Shown one piece after another: positions 9,526-18,300 of a stretch of 31,598 nt of DNA. The stretch comes from a virus (taxonomy: Duplodnaviria; Caudoviricetes): positions 1-31,598 of IMG/VR virus record IMGVR_UViG_3300017774_006457. One strand, given 5' to 3'. The position numbers and the translations under genes are program-made. Positions within the stretch are counted from its first letter, which is position 1, and the number at the start of each line of letters is the position of its first letter. The notes under the pieces are model-generated. The model was not told the origin of the DNA and made no database searches. It saw only the letters and a list, made by a program, of their open reading frames with translations.

Positions 9526-9852
9526 TGGAGTTTCTTGAGCTTTCTTTATAAGGAAGACTTTATGATTTAATCTAAAGTTTTCGTTTTCTTTAGCAGAAAT
9601 AATAGCTTGTTGCCTTGATCTTGCTATTGATTCATTTTTATTAAATAAAGAGTACGATTTCTTTTGTTCATTTAGATATTTAATTTGTTCTGTGTTTGAT
9701 TGCATTTGAGATTTTGTAATATAATACTCTACAGATCTACTTGATGTATCCATTTTTTGATATGAAACTTGGGCATGGCATTTATTCATAGCCCAAAAAG
9801 CGACTAGAATCAAACAAATATATTTTATATATTTAATATCAGGCTTTTCCAT
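9511..9852 (-). CDS. Hypothetical protein with N-terminal hydrophobic/signal segment
   Basis: 113-aa ORF overlapping the end of the IMPDH/GMPR gene. Confidence 0.6.
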   Translation of the reverse strand: MEKPDIKYIKYICLILVAFWAMNKCHAQVSYQKMDTSSRSVEYYITKSQMQSNTEQIKYLNEQKKSYSLFNKNESIARSRQQAIISAKENENFRLNHKVFLIKKAQETPLTIR

Positions 9853-10945
9853 GAGAAAATCCCTCGTACATATTGTTACTTGTTGTTCTTACTGCTATGA
9901 TTTTATTCGTCCAAAGACCACCTCGCATATCTTCTATTTTTCTAAATCCAAGATAACTCATAGCGCTTCTTAAGCCGTTAGCAAAATCATAAACAATATC
10001 TTCTATCGTTTTTTCTGATAAAGGAATCAAAGTGTTGTCTCCCTCTACAAAAAGGTTCTTTTTAGTTCCGTCATATAATTCGTAATCTTCTACCACATCT
10101 TTAGATGCCATTCCTCTGTATTTAGCATATTTTTTACCATCTATTTCTACAATATCTTCGTCATCTACTGTATCGTGCAACCCAGCGAAAATTCTTCCGC
10201 ATATAATTCCATCGCATCCACTGGCTATAGCTTTTACTAAATCTTTTGGATAACGAATTCCTCCATCTGCTAATATACTGGGTCTATTTGCTGGATTTGG
10301 ACTATCCTGTTTAAATAAATCAACTTGGGATAATTCCCAATTTCTAACAGCTTTCCATGCATAATAATTACCAGTAACACTTGGACAACCAATTCCAGTT
10401 TTAACTTGCGTTAAACACATAGATCCTGGGCCAATAAGATGTCTAAATCCATCAGCTTTTAAATTAGCTAACCTTGAAACACTCTGTTTTGTTAAAGTGT
10501 TTCCAACAATAATATCTTGAGAAAACCCAGCTGTTTCATACCATCTAAGGAAATCTTCTACATTTTTAGCTAATCCATTAGCAGTATCAAGAAAATAAAT
10601 ATCCGTATAAGTGCTAGTTGCTCTAATTCTTTCTTCTGCATCTTTTAATCCAATTGCATTTATTGAAAATCCGCTTTCATCTTTAATCATTTTAGATTTT
10701 GATCTTTGATCATCAATTGACATGAAACGATGAAGTACTCCAGCACCACCAATTTTATTAATTTTTATGCACGATTTAACGGAGGATATAGTATCCATTG
10801 GAGACAAAACAATAGGAATCTTGATTTGATTGTTCTTAGAAATTTTTGTTGATGTATCTACTTCTTTTCTTGAAGAAATATCTGAAAAATTTGGTAAAAG
10901 CGAAATGTCATCGTACCCTAGAGCTTCTTTAAGATTTTGTTGCAT
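9839..10945 (-). CDS. IMP dehydrogenase/GMP reductase family protein (no CBS domains)
   Basis: SPMDT, GVLHR, IGPGSMCLT (catalytic Cys), ADGGI, YRGMAS, VEG, GLRSAMSYLG. Confidence 0.92.
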   Translation of the reverse strand: MQQNLKEALGYDDISLLPNFSDISSRKEVDTSTKISKNNQIKIPIVLSPMDTISSVKSCIKINKIGGAGVLHRFMSIDDQRSKSKMIKDESGFSINAIGLKDAEERIRATSTYTDIYFLDTANGLAKNVEDFLRWYETAGFSQDIIVGNTLTKQSVSRLANLKADGFRHLIGPGSMCLTQVKTGIGCPSVTGNYYAWKAVRNWELSQVDLFKQDSPNPANRPSILADGGIRYPKDLVKAIASGCDGIICGRIFAGLHDTVDDEDIVEIDGKKYAKYRGMASKDVVEDYELYDGTKKNLFVEGDNTLIPLSEKTIEDIVYDFANGLRSAMSYLGFRKIEDMRGGLWTNKIIAVRTTSNNMYEGFSHGKA

Positions 10946-10951
10946 ATATGA

Positions 10952-10980
10952 ATACTAATATTTTTATATTTTTCTGTCAA
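10952..10980 (-). promoter_or_regulatory. Sigma70-type promoter, leaderless
   Basis: TTGACA-17-TAGTAT, ATG 6 nt downstream. Confidence 0.7.
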
Positions 10981-11389
10981 GTTTTAAAAGTTCTATATTA
11001 TAAAAATTAAATATTTCTTTAGCACCTTCATCAAGTTCATAATCTTCTAAATAAATGATTTTTTTAATTCCATACGAAGCTATATTTAAAGCGCAACTAG
11101 AACATGGAAGTAGTGTACATGCTAAAATATGAGGATTTTCATTTCTATTTATTCTTGATAAAGCATTTATCTCTGCATGTATAATGAATTTTCTTCTATA
11201 ATCTCTATTTAACCAAAAACTTTTATCTTTGTTTACTTTTGGTAATAAACCATTATATCCAGTAGATAATATCTTGCCTTCTTTATCCAAAATGCAACAT
11301 CCTACTTTTTTATATAAATCTTCTGCTCTTTTTGAGCATTCAACTGCTATATTTATAGCCATCTCCTCAAAAGAAATTCTTTCCTCCAT
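10964..11389 (-). CDS. dCMP deaminase
   Basis: KVGC, TGYNG, HAEINAL, PCSSC zinc motifs. Confidence 0.92.
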   Translation of the reverse strand: MEERISFEEMAINIAVECSKRAEDLYKKVGCCILDKEGKILSTGYNGLLPKVNKDKSFWLNRDYRRKFIIHAEINALSRINRNENPHILACTLLPCSSCALNIASYGIKKIIYLEDYELDEGAKEIFNFYNIELLKLDRKI

Positions 11390-11417
11390 CTCCTTATACT
11401 ACTATAAAACTAATGAC

Positions 11418-11446
11418 TTGACAAGACAATTTATTATGTTTATAAT
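11418..11446 (+). promoter_or_regulatory. Sigma70-type promoter, leaderless
   Basis: TTGACA-17-TATAAT, ATG 7 nt downstream. Confidence 0.8.
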
Positions 11447-11453
11447 CATTTAA

Positions 11454-12038
11454 ATGATAATTGGCATTACAGGAGTAGCTAGATCAGGAAAAGATACTTT
11501 CTATTCTATTCTAAAAAAATATTTAGAAGAAAGAAATGTAATCTCTGAGAGATTAGCTTTCGCTGATGATTTAAAAAATGAATTAAATAACTTTAGTAAA
11601 GAGAAATTTAAAATAGATTTATTTAAATGCAATGATCAAGAAAAAGAAATTATAAGACCATTGATGGTTGCTTATGGTAAATGCAGAAGAACCCAAACAA
11701 ATGGTACTTACTGGACTTCTCAATTAGACAAAAAAATACAAAATCTTAAAAAAGATAACATCATTCCAATTATAACAGATGTTAGATATATAGAATATAA
11801 AGATGATGAATATGCATGGTTAAAATCTCATAATGGAATATTAATACATTTATCCAGAAAATTAGACGATGGCTCTTTTGTTCCTCCAGCTAATATAGAG
11901 GAAAAATCTAATGATAATAAATTAAAAGCTGTAGCTGATATATCCGTATGTTGGGATACCTGTCAAGATACTAATGTATTATATGAATTAGCTCAAAAAC
12001 ATTTAAAATCAATTCACGAAAAAATATCACAATCTTAA
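11454..12038 (+). CDS. Deoxynucleoside monophosphate kinase (phage type)
   Basis: GITGVARSGKDT P-loop, AFADDLK, ITDVRY. Confidence 0.85.
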   Translation: MIIGITGVARSGKDTFYSILKKYLEERNVISERLAFADDLKNELNNFSKEKFKIDLFKCNDQEKEIIRPLMVAYGKCRRTQTNGTYWTSQLDKKIQNLKKDNIIPIITDVRYIEYKDDEYAWLKSHNGILIHLSRKLDDGSFVPPANIEEKSNDNKLKAVADISVCWDTCQDTNVLYELAQKHLKSIHEKISQS

Positions 12039-12039
12039 T

Positions 12040-12645
12040 ATGAATATAAAAACAACAAATGATAACGATTTGATACAAGACGTATTAAATCAAAATGATA
12101 GTTATGCTCTTAAAGAATTAGAATTAAGACATAGTGGAATATGTCATAAGATGATTAAAAAATATTATCATAATATGATTCAATCTGGTATTGATCCAGA
12201 AGATGTTATCGCAGAAAAGACTTATGTAATATATAAATCTGTAATGAATTTCAATCCAGATAAAAATGTTAAATTCTCTACTTGGTTAGGAAATCAAATG
12301 AGATATCATTGCCTAAATACAATAAACAAAAATAACCACCATATAACTATGGAAGATACAGCAATTAAGAATATCATTGAAAAAAATCAAATTAAACTTA
12401 ATAATCAAACTACTACTTTTAAAGAAAAAGCTGATATGATCTTTTCTATTTTAGATAGATCAAAAGATAAAAGAATTAAAAAGATATATAAGTTAAGATA
12501 TTTTAATAATAAAAAACTAATGTCTTGGGCTAATATTGGAAAAAAAATGAACTTAAGTACTCAAACAGTAATTAATCTTCATAATAAAGGCAAATCTTTT
12601 TTGAAAAATAAATTGACAAGCGACAATAACTCAGATATAATATAA
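12040..12645 (+). CDS. RNA polymerase sigma-70 family factor (phage sigma)
   Basis: Region 2-like FNPDKNVKFSTWL; region 4 HTH SWANIGKKMNLSTQTV. Confidence 0.85.
   Translation: MNIKTTNDNDLIQDVLNQNDSYALKELELRHSGICHKMIKKYYHNMIQSGIDPEDVIAEKTYVIYKSVMNFNPDKNVKFSTWLGNQMRYHCLNTINKNNHHITMEDTAIKNIIEKNQIKLNNQTTTFKEKADMIFSILDRSKDKRIKKIYKLRYFNNKKLMSWANIGKKMNLSTQTVINLHNKGKSFLKNKLTSDNNSDII
12613..12641 (+). promoter_or_regulatory. Sigma70-type promoter followed by AGGAG ribosome-binding site
   Basis: TTGACA-17-TATAAT; AGGAG before ATG 12662. Confidence 0.8.
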
Positions 12646-12661
12646 AATAATAGGAGACAAT

Positions 12662-12982
12662 ATGGAAAACAATAAACAACAAAATGATTGGCAAAAAAGA
12701 GATATCGGTGCATTATGGAAAAGAGAAGGAAAAAATCAAAAGTATCTTTCTGGTTACTTTAAGGATGAGCTTGGTGAACAAGTAGAAATTGTAATCTTTG
12801 CTAATAAATTCAAAAATGATAATCCAAAAGCTCCAGATTATAGAGTATATCTATCAACAAAGAGCGATGGTACTCCAAAAACTCAAACAACTACCACTAC
12901 TAAAACAGCCCCAAAAGTAGCGGTTAAAACTGAAAAGAAAGTCGTAGCTGAAGTAGTAGAAGAGGAAGAAGATTTGTTGTGA
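12662..12982 (+). CDS. DUF736-like putative single-stranded DNA-binding protein
   Basis: IGALW, YLSG, APDYRV motifs; acidic tail EEEEDLL. Confidence 0.7.
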   Translation: MENNKQQNDWQKRDIGALWKREGKNQKYLSGYFKDELGEQVEIVIFANKFKNDNPKAPDYRVYLSTKSDGTPKTQTTTTTKTAPKVAVKTEKKVVAEVVEEEEDLL

Positions 12983-14061
12983 GCATATGCTTAAATTTGC
13001 CCATTAATTCAGTATCTTTTGGGCAAACTTCTGCATTAATTCTAAAAGAGCTCTTTAGAAGAAAGAGCGAAGCAATTCTATTCCCAATTGGAAATCAAAT
13101 AGATTTCTCTACTCAAAATCTTGATAAAGAATTTCTTGATTGGATCAATTTATCATTACAAGATAATGACTCTAAATACTCTAGAAATAATAGAATATTT
13201 AAACTTTGGCATTTAAACGGTTCTTTAGAATCACTTGCTAAAGAACAAGTGTTATTTTCATTTTATGAATTAGATCAACCTACTCCTACAGAAATAAATA
13301 TTGTAAAAAATAATCATAAAGTATTATTCTCTTCCGAATACACTTGCGAAGTTTTTAAAAATGCTGGGTGCTCTAATGTAGAGTATGTCCCATTAGCTTT
13401 TGATAAATACAATTTTTCCAATACTAATAAAAAATATATGGAAGATCGTATAACATTTAATTTGGTTGGCAAATTAGAAAAAAGAAAAAATCATAAAAAA
13501 GTTATACAAAGTTGGCTTAAAAAGTATGGTAATAATAGAAAATATTTTCTACAATGTGCAATATATAACCCTTTTTTAAAGCCAGAAGATCAACAGCAAT
13601 TAATTAATTCTGTATTAGAAGGTAAGGAATATTTTAATATATCATTTCTAAACTTTATGGAAAACAATGCTATATATAATGATTATTTAAATAGCGCTGA
13701 TATCATTATAGGCATGAGTGGCGGAGAAGGATGGGGATTGCCAGAGTTTCATTCTGTTGCTTTAGGAAAACAGGCTGTTATATTAAACGCTCATTCTTAT
13801 AGGTCTTGGGCGAATAAAGATAATTCAGTTTTAGTAGAACCATCTGGAAAAATTGAAGCATATGATAATATGTTCTTTCATAAAGGCCAAAAATTTAATC
13901 AAGGAAATATTTATACATTTAATGATGATGATTTTATTGATGGCTGCGAAAAAGCTATTAAAAAAATAGAATCTAGTAAAGTAAATAAAAATGGATTAAA
14001 ACTTCAAGATGAATTTTCTGTAGATAAATTAGTAAATAATATATTAAAACATTATGCCTGA
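12979..14061 (+). CDS. Glycosyltransferase (GT-B, GT4-like)
   Basis: VGKLEKRKN, GEGWGLPEFHSVALG. Confidence 0.85.
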   Translation: MSICLNLPINSVSFGQTSALILKELFRRKSEAILFPIGNQIDFSTQNLDKEFLDWINLSLQDNDSKYSRNNRIFKLWHLNGSLESLAKEQVLFSFYELDQPTPTEINIVKNNHKVLFSSEYTCEVFKNAGCSNVEYVPLAFDKYNFSNTNKKYMEDRITFNLVGKLEKRKNHKKVIQSWLKKYGNNRKYFLQCAIYNPFLKPEDQQQLINSVLEGKEYFNISFLNFMENNAIYNDYLNSADIIIGMSGGEGWGLPEFHSVALGKQAVILNAHSYRSWANKDNSVLVEPSGKIEAYDNMFFHKGQKFNQGNIYTFNDDDFIDGCEKAIKKIESSKVNKNGLKLQDEFSVDKLVNNILKHYA

Positions 14062-14401
14062 GTATTTATATCAAAATCCTAAAAATAATAAAATTATATC
14101 AGTAATACAAAGTATTCACGAAAAGCATGAATATATAGATGATTTTGGACTTGTATGGGATAGAGTTTTTACTTCTCCACAACTTAATACTGATGGAACA
14201 TTAAAAGCTGAATGTTCTTCTAAAGAGTTTTCTGAATTTACTGGTAAAAAGAAAGGCACTATGGGTGATCTTTGGGATAGAAGCAAAGAATTGTCTGAAA
14301 AAAGAGAGAAAATTTATGGAAAAGATCCAGTTAAAAATAAATATTTTAAAGACTGGAGTAAAAAACGTAAAGGCAAGAAGCATCCATTAGCTGGAGATTA
14401 A
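14054..14401 (+). CDS. Hypothetical protein (FmdB-like N-terminus lacking Cys)
   Basis: MPEYLY start, basic C-terminus. Confidence 0.6.
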   Translation: MPEYLYQNPKNNKIISVIQSIHEKHEYIDDFGLVWDRVFTSPQLNTDGTLKAECSSKEFSEFTGKKKGTMGDLWDRSKELSEKREKIYGKDPVKNKYFKDWSKKRKGKKHPLAGD

Positions 14402-15309
14402 CTATCTCTATACAAATTTATTTTTTGGATTAATTCTTCTTTAATTTTATCTATTTTTTTAGAAGCCGATTCTTGTATCTTATACATAATATCAATATTT
14501 TTTTTATCTAAAGCTTTTTGAACAGCTAAAGATACATCTTCTGAGGACAAGTTATCACCATTAATTATTACTGGCCAACCGAGTTCATTAGCTTGTTTTG
14601 TGACTTTACCGCCTCCTAATTTAGGATCAATTGCTACAACTGGAATATTATTTTTTAAACTATAAACTAAACCATGAAGTCTTGAACTTATTATTACATC
14701 ACATTTACGAACCAAACTTTCAAATTGAGATATAGAAGTTATATTTGTAGGGTTTTTTCTAATTGGCGTATTTATTAAAGTATCTAATTTAATAATTGCA
14801 TTTCCAGAATCTTTAAAATATTTTTCAACTGCAACATCTACTTGTTGATGTCTTGATGTTTCTATAGGGTTTTGAAAATGGACTAAACATAATCCAACTA
14901 CAAGTACTTTATTACTAGTTGCTTCAAAAGCTAATTCTGGATTTGTTTTACTTGGAGATTCTCTGGGTATAATAAAATTTAAACCATTGCTATCATTTAA
15001 ATAATAATCTTCATTATTAATAATTGATATGTCTAAACCTATTTTTAAACAATGCGAGAATTTTTTATAAATTTTATTTTTACCAAAAGGCCCACAAACA
15101 TATATTAAAGTATCATATTTATTTGGATCTATCTCTTCTATGAGTTGCTGTTTTTCAGTATTACTTACATTATCTATTACATCAAAATTCATTTTGTTTT
15201 CATTTAACCAAGAAATTAGAACTTCTTTAGCTTGAATATCACCAAAAGTAGCATTTTTCCCTATATCGCTAAAAGCGCCTATTATAAGAGTTTTTTTAGG
15301 ATAATTCAT
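14398..15309 (-). CDS. Polysaccharide pyruvyl transferase family protein
   Basis: TFGD and ISSRLHGLVYSLKNNIPVVAI motifs. Confidence 0.8.
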   Translation of the reverse strand: MNYPKKTLIIGAFSDIGKNATFGDIQAKEVLISWLNENKMNFDVIDNVSNTEKQQLIEEIDPNKYDTLIYVCGPFGKNKIYKKFSHCLKIGLDISIINNEDYYLNDSNGLNFIIPRESPSKTNPELAFEATSNKVLVVGLCLVHFQNPIETSRHQQVDVAVEKYFKDSGNAIIKLDTLINTPIRKNPTNITSISQFESLVRKCDVIISSRLHGLVYSLKNNIPVVAIDPKLGGGKVTKQANELGWPVIINGDNLSSEDVSLAVQKALDKKNIDIMYKIQESASKKIDKIKEELIQKINLYRDS

Positions 15310-15320
15310 CTATTATAAAT

Positions 15321-15653
15321 TTATTTTTTATTAATTAAATGCTGTTGTATTATATCAAAATTACGATCTAACTTAGATTCTATTCTATCAAAATAATCAT
15401 CAAAAGATTCTTTTGTTACATAAGTAGTGCTAATTTTTAAAGCTAAATCAGATATTTCTTGTTGATGTTTTCTGCCTTCTGCTTCCATTTCTTTCCTTAA
15501 AGTTATAAAATCGCTAAAAGTTTTATCGTTAATTTCTTTCATTAAGTTCTCTTGTTTGTCAAAAAGAGAAAATACTCTAGTAAATAGCCATCCTCCTAAG
15601 AAAGATAATGCTCCTAAAATAAGGTTAAATAATAGTGTAATATCTAAATTCAC
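15321..15653 (-). CDS. Membrane-anchored coiled-coil protein (holin-like)
   Basis: One N-terminal TM helix then helical domain; GTG start 8 nt from GTGTAA. Confidence 0.55.
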   Translation of the reverse strand: MNLDITLLFNLILGALSFLGGWLFTRVFSLFDKQENLMKEINDKTFSDFITLRKEMEAEGRKHQQEISDLALKISTTYVTKESFDDYFDRIESKLDRNFDIIQQHLINKK

Positions 15654-15681
15654 ATAGATAATTACACATTAATATATGATA

Positions 15682-17379
15682 TTATTCTACTAAAGTGGGT
15701 AGCACTGTTGTTTCTTCAGTAACTATAATTGACTTATTATTAAAAGTCACATTTTTAAATTTATTTCTAAATTTTTGTTGGAATTTAATAAATTTTTTAA
15801 GATTTTTATTTAAAAATAAAACGTTTGGTAAATTATTCTTTAATATATTTGAAATTTTAGAGTACAAAAGAAATTTAGCGTTTTGTTGTGCTTTTTGTAT
15901 AGCTTTTTCTTTATTAACATCTTCACCTCTGCCTAATACTCCTAGTAAATTTCCTTGATATACTTGAACTTTTAAATCATTTATATTATTAAAAGTTTTG
16001 TTGAAGTTAAAAGCTGAAATAGTTTCATTTATTTTTGAATCTATAGGGTCGTAATTTCCATATCCAGAATAAACTACATATAGCATATGATCTGTACCAG
16101 CAATTTTATTAAATAAAGGATTTATTAATTCTATTGAAAAAGGCGTACCGCTAGGTATAATTCCATTCCATGTCCCTGTATTAAATTTTTTTGAAGCAGA
16201 ATATAATCCACTATACATTTGATAAAAAGCAGTCCCACTAATTGGCGTATTTTGTTTTAAATGTCCGTCAGCATCTATTCTATAGGGGTGATACCAATTT
16301 TTAGGATAAAAAGTTCCAGTATCATTAGTTGTATAACCCGAATAATTATATATGTCAAAAGCTGAAGCGTCTTTTCCAGATTCAAAAAAACGTATACCTG
16401 AAGGAAATGTTGCTTCAATATTTTCAGAGCTAGGGAAAATTGCTTTAACTGCTATCCCACTTGTAATTTTTTCATTTATAGTCTTTGGTGTTTGATAAAT
16501 AAAATTTTTCTGTCTTGTTACGGTATATTGCTTAGACCCATGTACTAAAGTATTACATAGTCCAGTTTCAGCTTTATGAGGAGAAATATAACATATTCTT
16601 TCATTTTGTCCAATTCCAGTTGAAATTAAAATTATACCTTTAAAATCTTGTTCGCCAGTATTAAGATTTTTTGTAAAACATGTTATTTTAGTCGGAACAT
16701 TATAAGCATTAAAATTATTTGTTATAACGGTTGTTGGATAAGTTAAATAAAAATTATTCAATAATGTAGTTGTCGATTCTCCAGGCAATCGATTTTCTTT
16801 CCAATTAACAAAATTTGTATTTGACATTGAATTTTTACCACTAAAAACGTTTGTTAAATTAATTGTTTTAGAAATAGAAATTTGACCAGTTTTATCAAAA
16901 CTAAATCCACTTAATATATTTTGATTTTTTATGCCACTTTCAAAAGAAAATCTAGCGTAAGGAAAAGATTCATTTGTACCTTTAAATTTTAAAATTTCTA
17001 AATTTTTGTTTGAAAAATCTATGAATTGATTAAAATAATTTTCATTGTTAATTAATTTATTATCTACTTTAGACAGATCACAAAAAGATAATTGCCCAAA
17101 AAGAGGAATTCTTTTTTGCACTTGAGCATTAAAGATAACGGAATCTGGTACTAATTTAAAATTTTTAGTTACAGTTAATTCAGTGCTTGTTGTTTCTGCT
17201 GAGATAAGATTAACAACTGCTTTTTTACTTTTAAGAGAGCCTTCAGATACTATATCTAATTTAAACTTTTTAACTTCATTGCTCGTAGATTCTACATTAT
17301 CTACAATAGAATTGCTTGCAGCTATATTTGCAGCTGGCAGACCTAGTAATTGTAAATCTTCTTCGTTTATTAAACTCAT
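15682..17379 (-). CDS. Ribozyme-associated hypothetical protein, paralogue A1
   Basis: 565 aa; shares GQLSF, ICYISPH, YSGLY...FNTGTWNGIIPSG with 21574-23091. Confidence 0.85.
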   Translation of the reverse strand: MSLINEEDLQLLGLPAANIAASNSIVDNVESTSNEVKKFKLDIVSEGSLKSKKAVVNLISAETTSTELTVTKNFKLVPDSVIFNAQVQKRIPLFGQLSFCDLSKVDNKLINNENYFNQFIDFSNKNLEILKFKGTNESFPYARFSFESGIKNQNILSGFSFDKTGQISISKTINLTNVFSGKNSMSNTNFVNWKENRLPGESTTTLLNNFYLTYPTTVITNNFNAYNVPTKITCFTKNLNTGEQDFKGIILISTGIGQNERICYISPHKAETGLCNTLVHGSKQYTVTRQKNFIYQTPKTINEKITSGIAVKAIFPSSENIEATFPSGIRFFESGKDASAFDIYNYSGYTTNDTGTFYPKNWYHPYRIDADGHLKQNTPISGTAFYQMYSGLYSASKKFNTGTWNGIIPSGTPFSIELINPLFNKIAGTDHMLYVVYSGYGNYDPIDSKINETISAFNFNKTFNNINDLKVQVYQGNLLGVLGRGEDVNKEKAIQKAQQNAKFLLYSKISNILKNNLPNVLFLNKNLKKFIKFQQKFRNKFKNVTFNNKSIIVTEETTVLPTLVE

Positions 17380-17383
17380 GATT

Positions 17384-17448
17384 AACCAAATATTCTAGCA
17401 TCGTAAACCTCTTGTACTGTGGTTTTTTATCTAGCCCAGAATTTTCAT
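17384..17448 (-). ncRNA. Predicted 65-nt circularised exon of ribozyme copy 1
   Basis: Lies between omega-G (17449) and UGGUU site complementary to IGS GACCG; ends pair (AUUCUGG/CUAGAAU). Confidence 0.55.
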
Positions 17449-17700
17449 CATTTTGTTATCGTTAAATTGTTTATATTTAACATCTTTATATTTCTATAAA
17501 GTTCAGACTATATCTTCTTTTATTTCTAAAAGTTTGGGCGCTCTTGGACAATTTTATTGTTGGTACTCAATCGTCTAGTCGTTACACCTTACAGCCTATC
17601 TTTCCCAGCTGTCTTGGCTCGGTATTGTCTTCCATTTTTTAATGGTTAAGATTTCCACCGAATTCACCCAATAACGGTCATTTAAATTTTAAAAAGAACT
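17449..17700 (-). ncRNA. Group I intron ribozyme core (IA-like) lacking an upstream exon, copy 1
   Basis: P3 UUGGGUG/CGCCCAA, P4 UUCGGU/ACCGAG, AAGGUGUAACGACUA, GAAGAUAUAGUC (P7 GACUA/UAGUC), GNRA-capped P8 and P9, ends AACAAAAUG. Confidence 0.9.
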
Positions 17701-17708
17701 AATCTTTA

Positions 17709-17734
17709 TTACACTTAATTTTTTTTATGTGTAA
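17709..17734. promoter_or_regulatory. Back-to-back GTGTAA promoter motifs
   Basis: TTACAC 17709-17714 (minus, ribozyme) and GTGTAA 17729-17734 (plus, 8 nt before ATG). Confidence 0.65.
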
Positions 17735-17742
17735 CATAATTT

Positions 17743-18300
17743 ATGCCTAACTTATTACCTTTTAGAGACTACAGCGAGCATGAAGTCATTAATTTATATT
17801 CTTGTAATACAGTTGCAACAAAGGGAAGTTTGGTAAAGCTAATTACGCCTGTTGGTAAAAATGTTTTAAATCTTTCAGATATAAGTGTAGGAAATAAATT
17901 CCCTAATACAATAAATAATAATTTTGATATAATTGGCCAAGTAGAAATTGTAACAGCTTATAATGATGTGCCTAGTGCTCTAGGATTACTGCTTTATGAT
18001 GTTCGTGAAACTGATGAAAATGGAGAGCGTCTAATTTTTAATCCAAGAAAAATGGCAGAAATAAATGCTGTTTTACCAATAATTCATGCTGTACCAATTC
18101 TAACAAGAGGTATAGTCTCAATTAATGATATTGATGAAACTGCTCGATTAGGTGGAGCTGGTGGAGCTCCACAACTTGGTGCAGCTGCTTATGTAGGAAA
18201 TAATGGAAGAATTGCTGTAAATGGTATAATTAAAATAGGTAAATTTTTAAGCACAAAAGATTCTAATGGATATTGTTTAATGAAAGTGAATTTTGATTAA
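17743..18300 (+). CDS. Hypothetical protein, paralogue B1 (possible capsid decoration/cement protein)
   Basis: 185 aa, highly similar to 23473-24027; beta-rich; structural role is inferred only. Confidence 0.7.
   Translation: MPNLLPFRDYSEHEVINLYSCNTVATKGSLVKLITPVGKNVLNLSDISVGNKFPNTINNNFDIIGQVEIVTAYNDVPSALGLLLYDVRETDENGERLIFNPRKMAEINAVLPIIHAVPILTRGIVSINDIDETARLGGAGGAPQLGAAAYVGNNGRIAVNGIIKIGKFLSTKDSNGYCLMKVNFD

Noticed and set aside
17671-17679. Copy 1 IGS region GACCGUUAU is complementary to 23S rRNA helix 69 AUAACGGUC (trans-cleavage of host rRNA)
   Set aside because: Gives G-C rather than the required U-G at the cleavage site, copy 2 lacks the match, and the downstream cis target explains both copies; probably chance, though cheap to test
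17449-17700. Conventional cis-splicing intron interrupting a gene
   Set aside because: No upstream exon ORF or tRNA half, no conserved local P1, and stop codons lie in the frame leading into each downstream ORF
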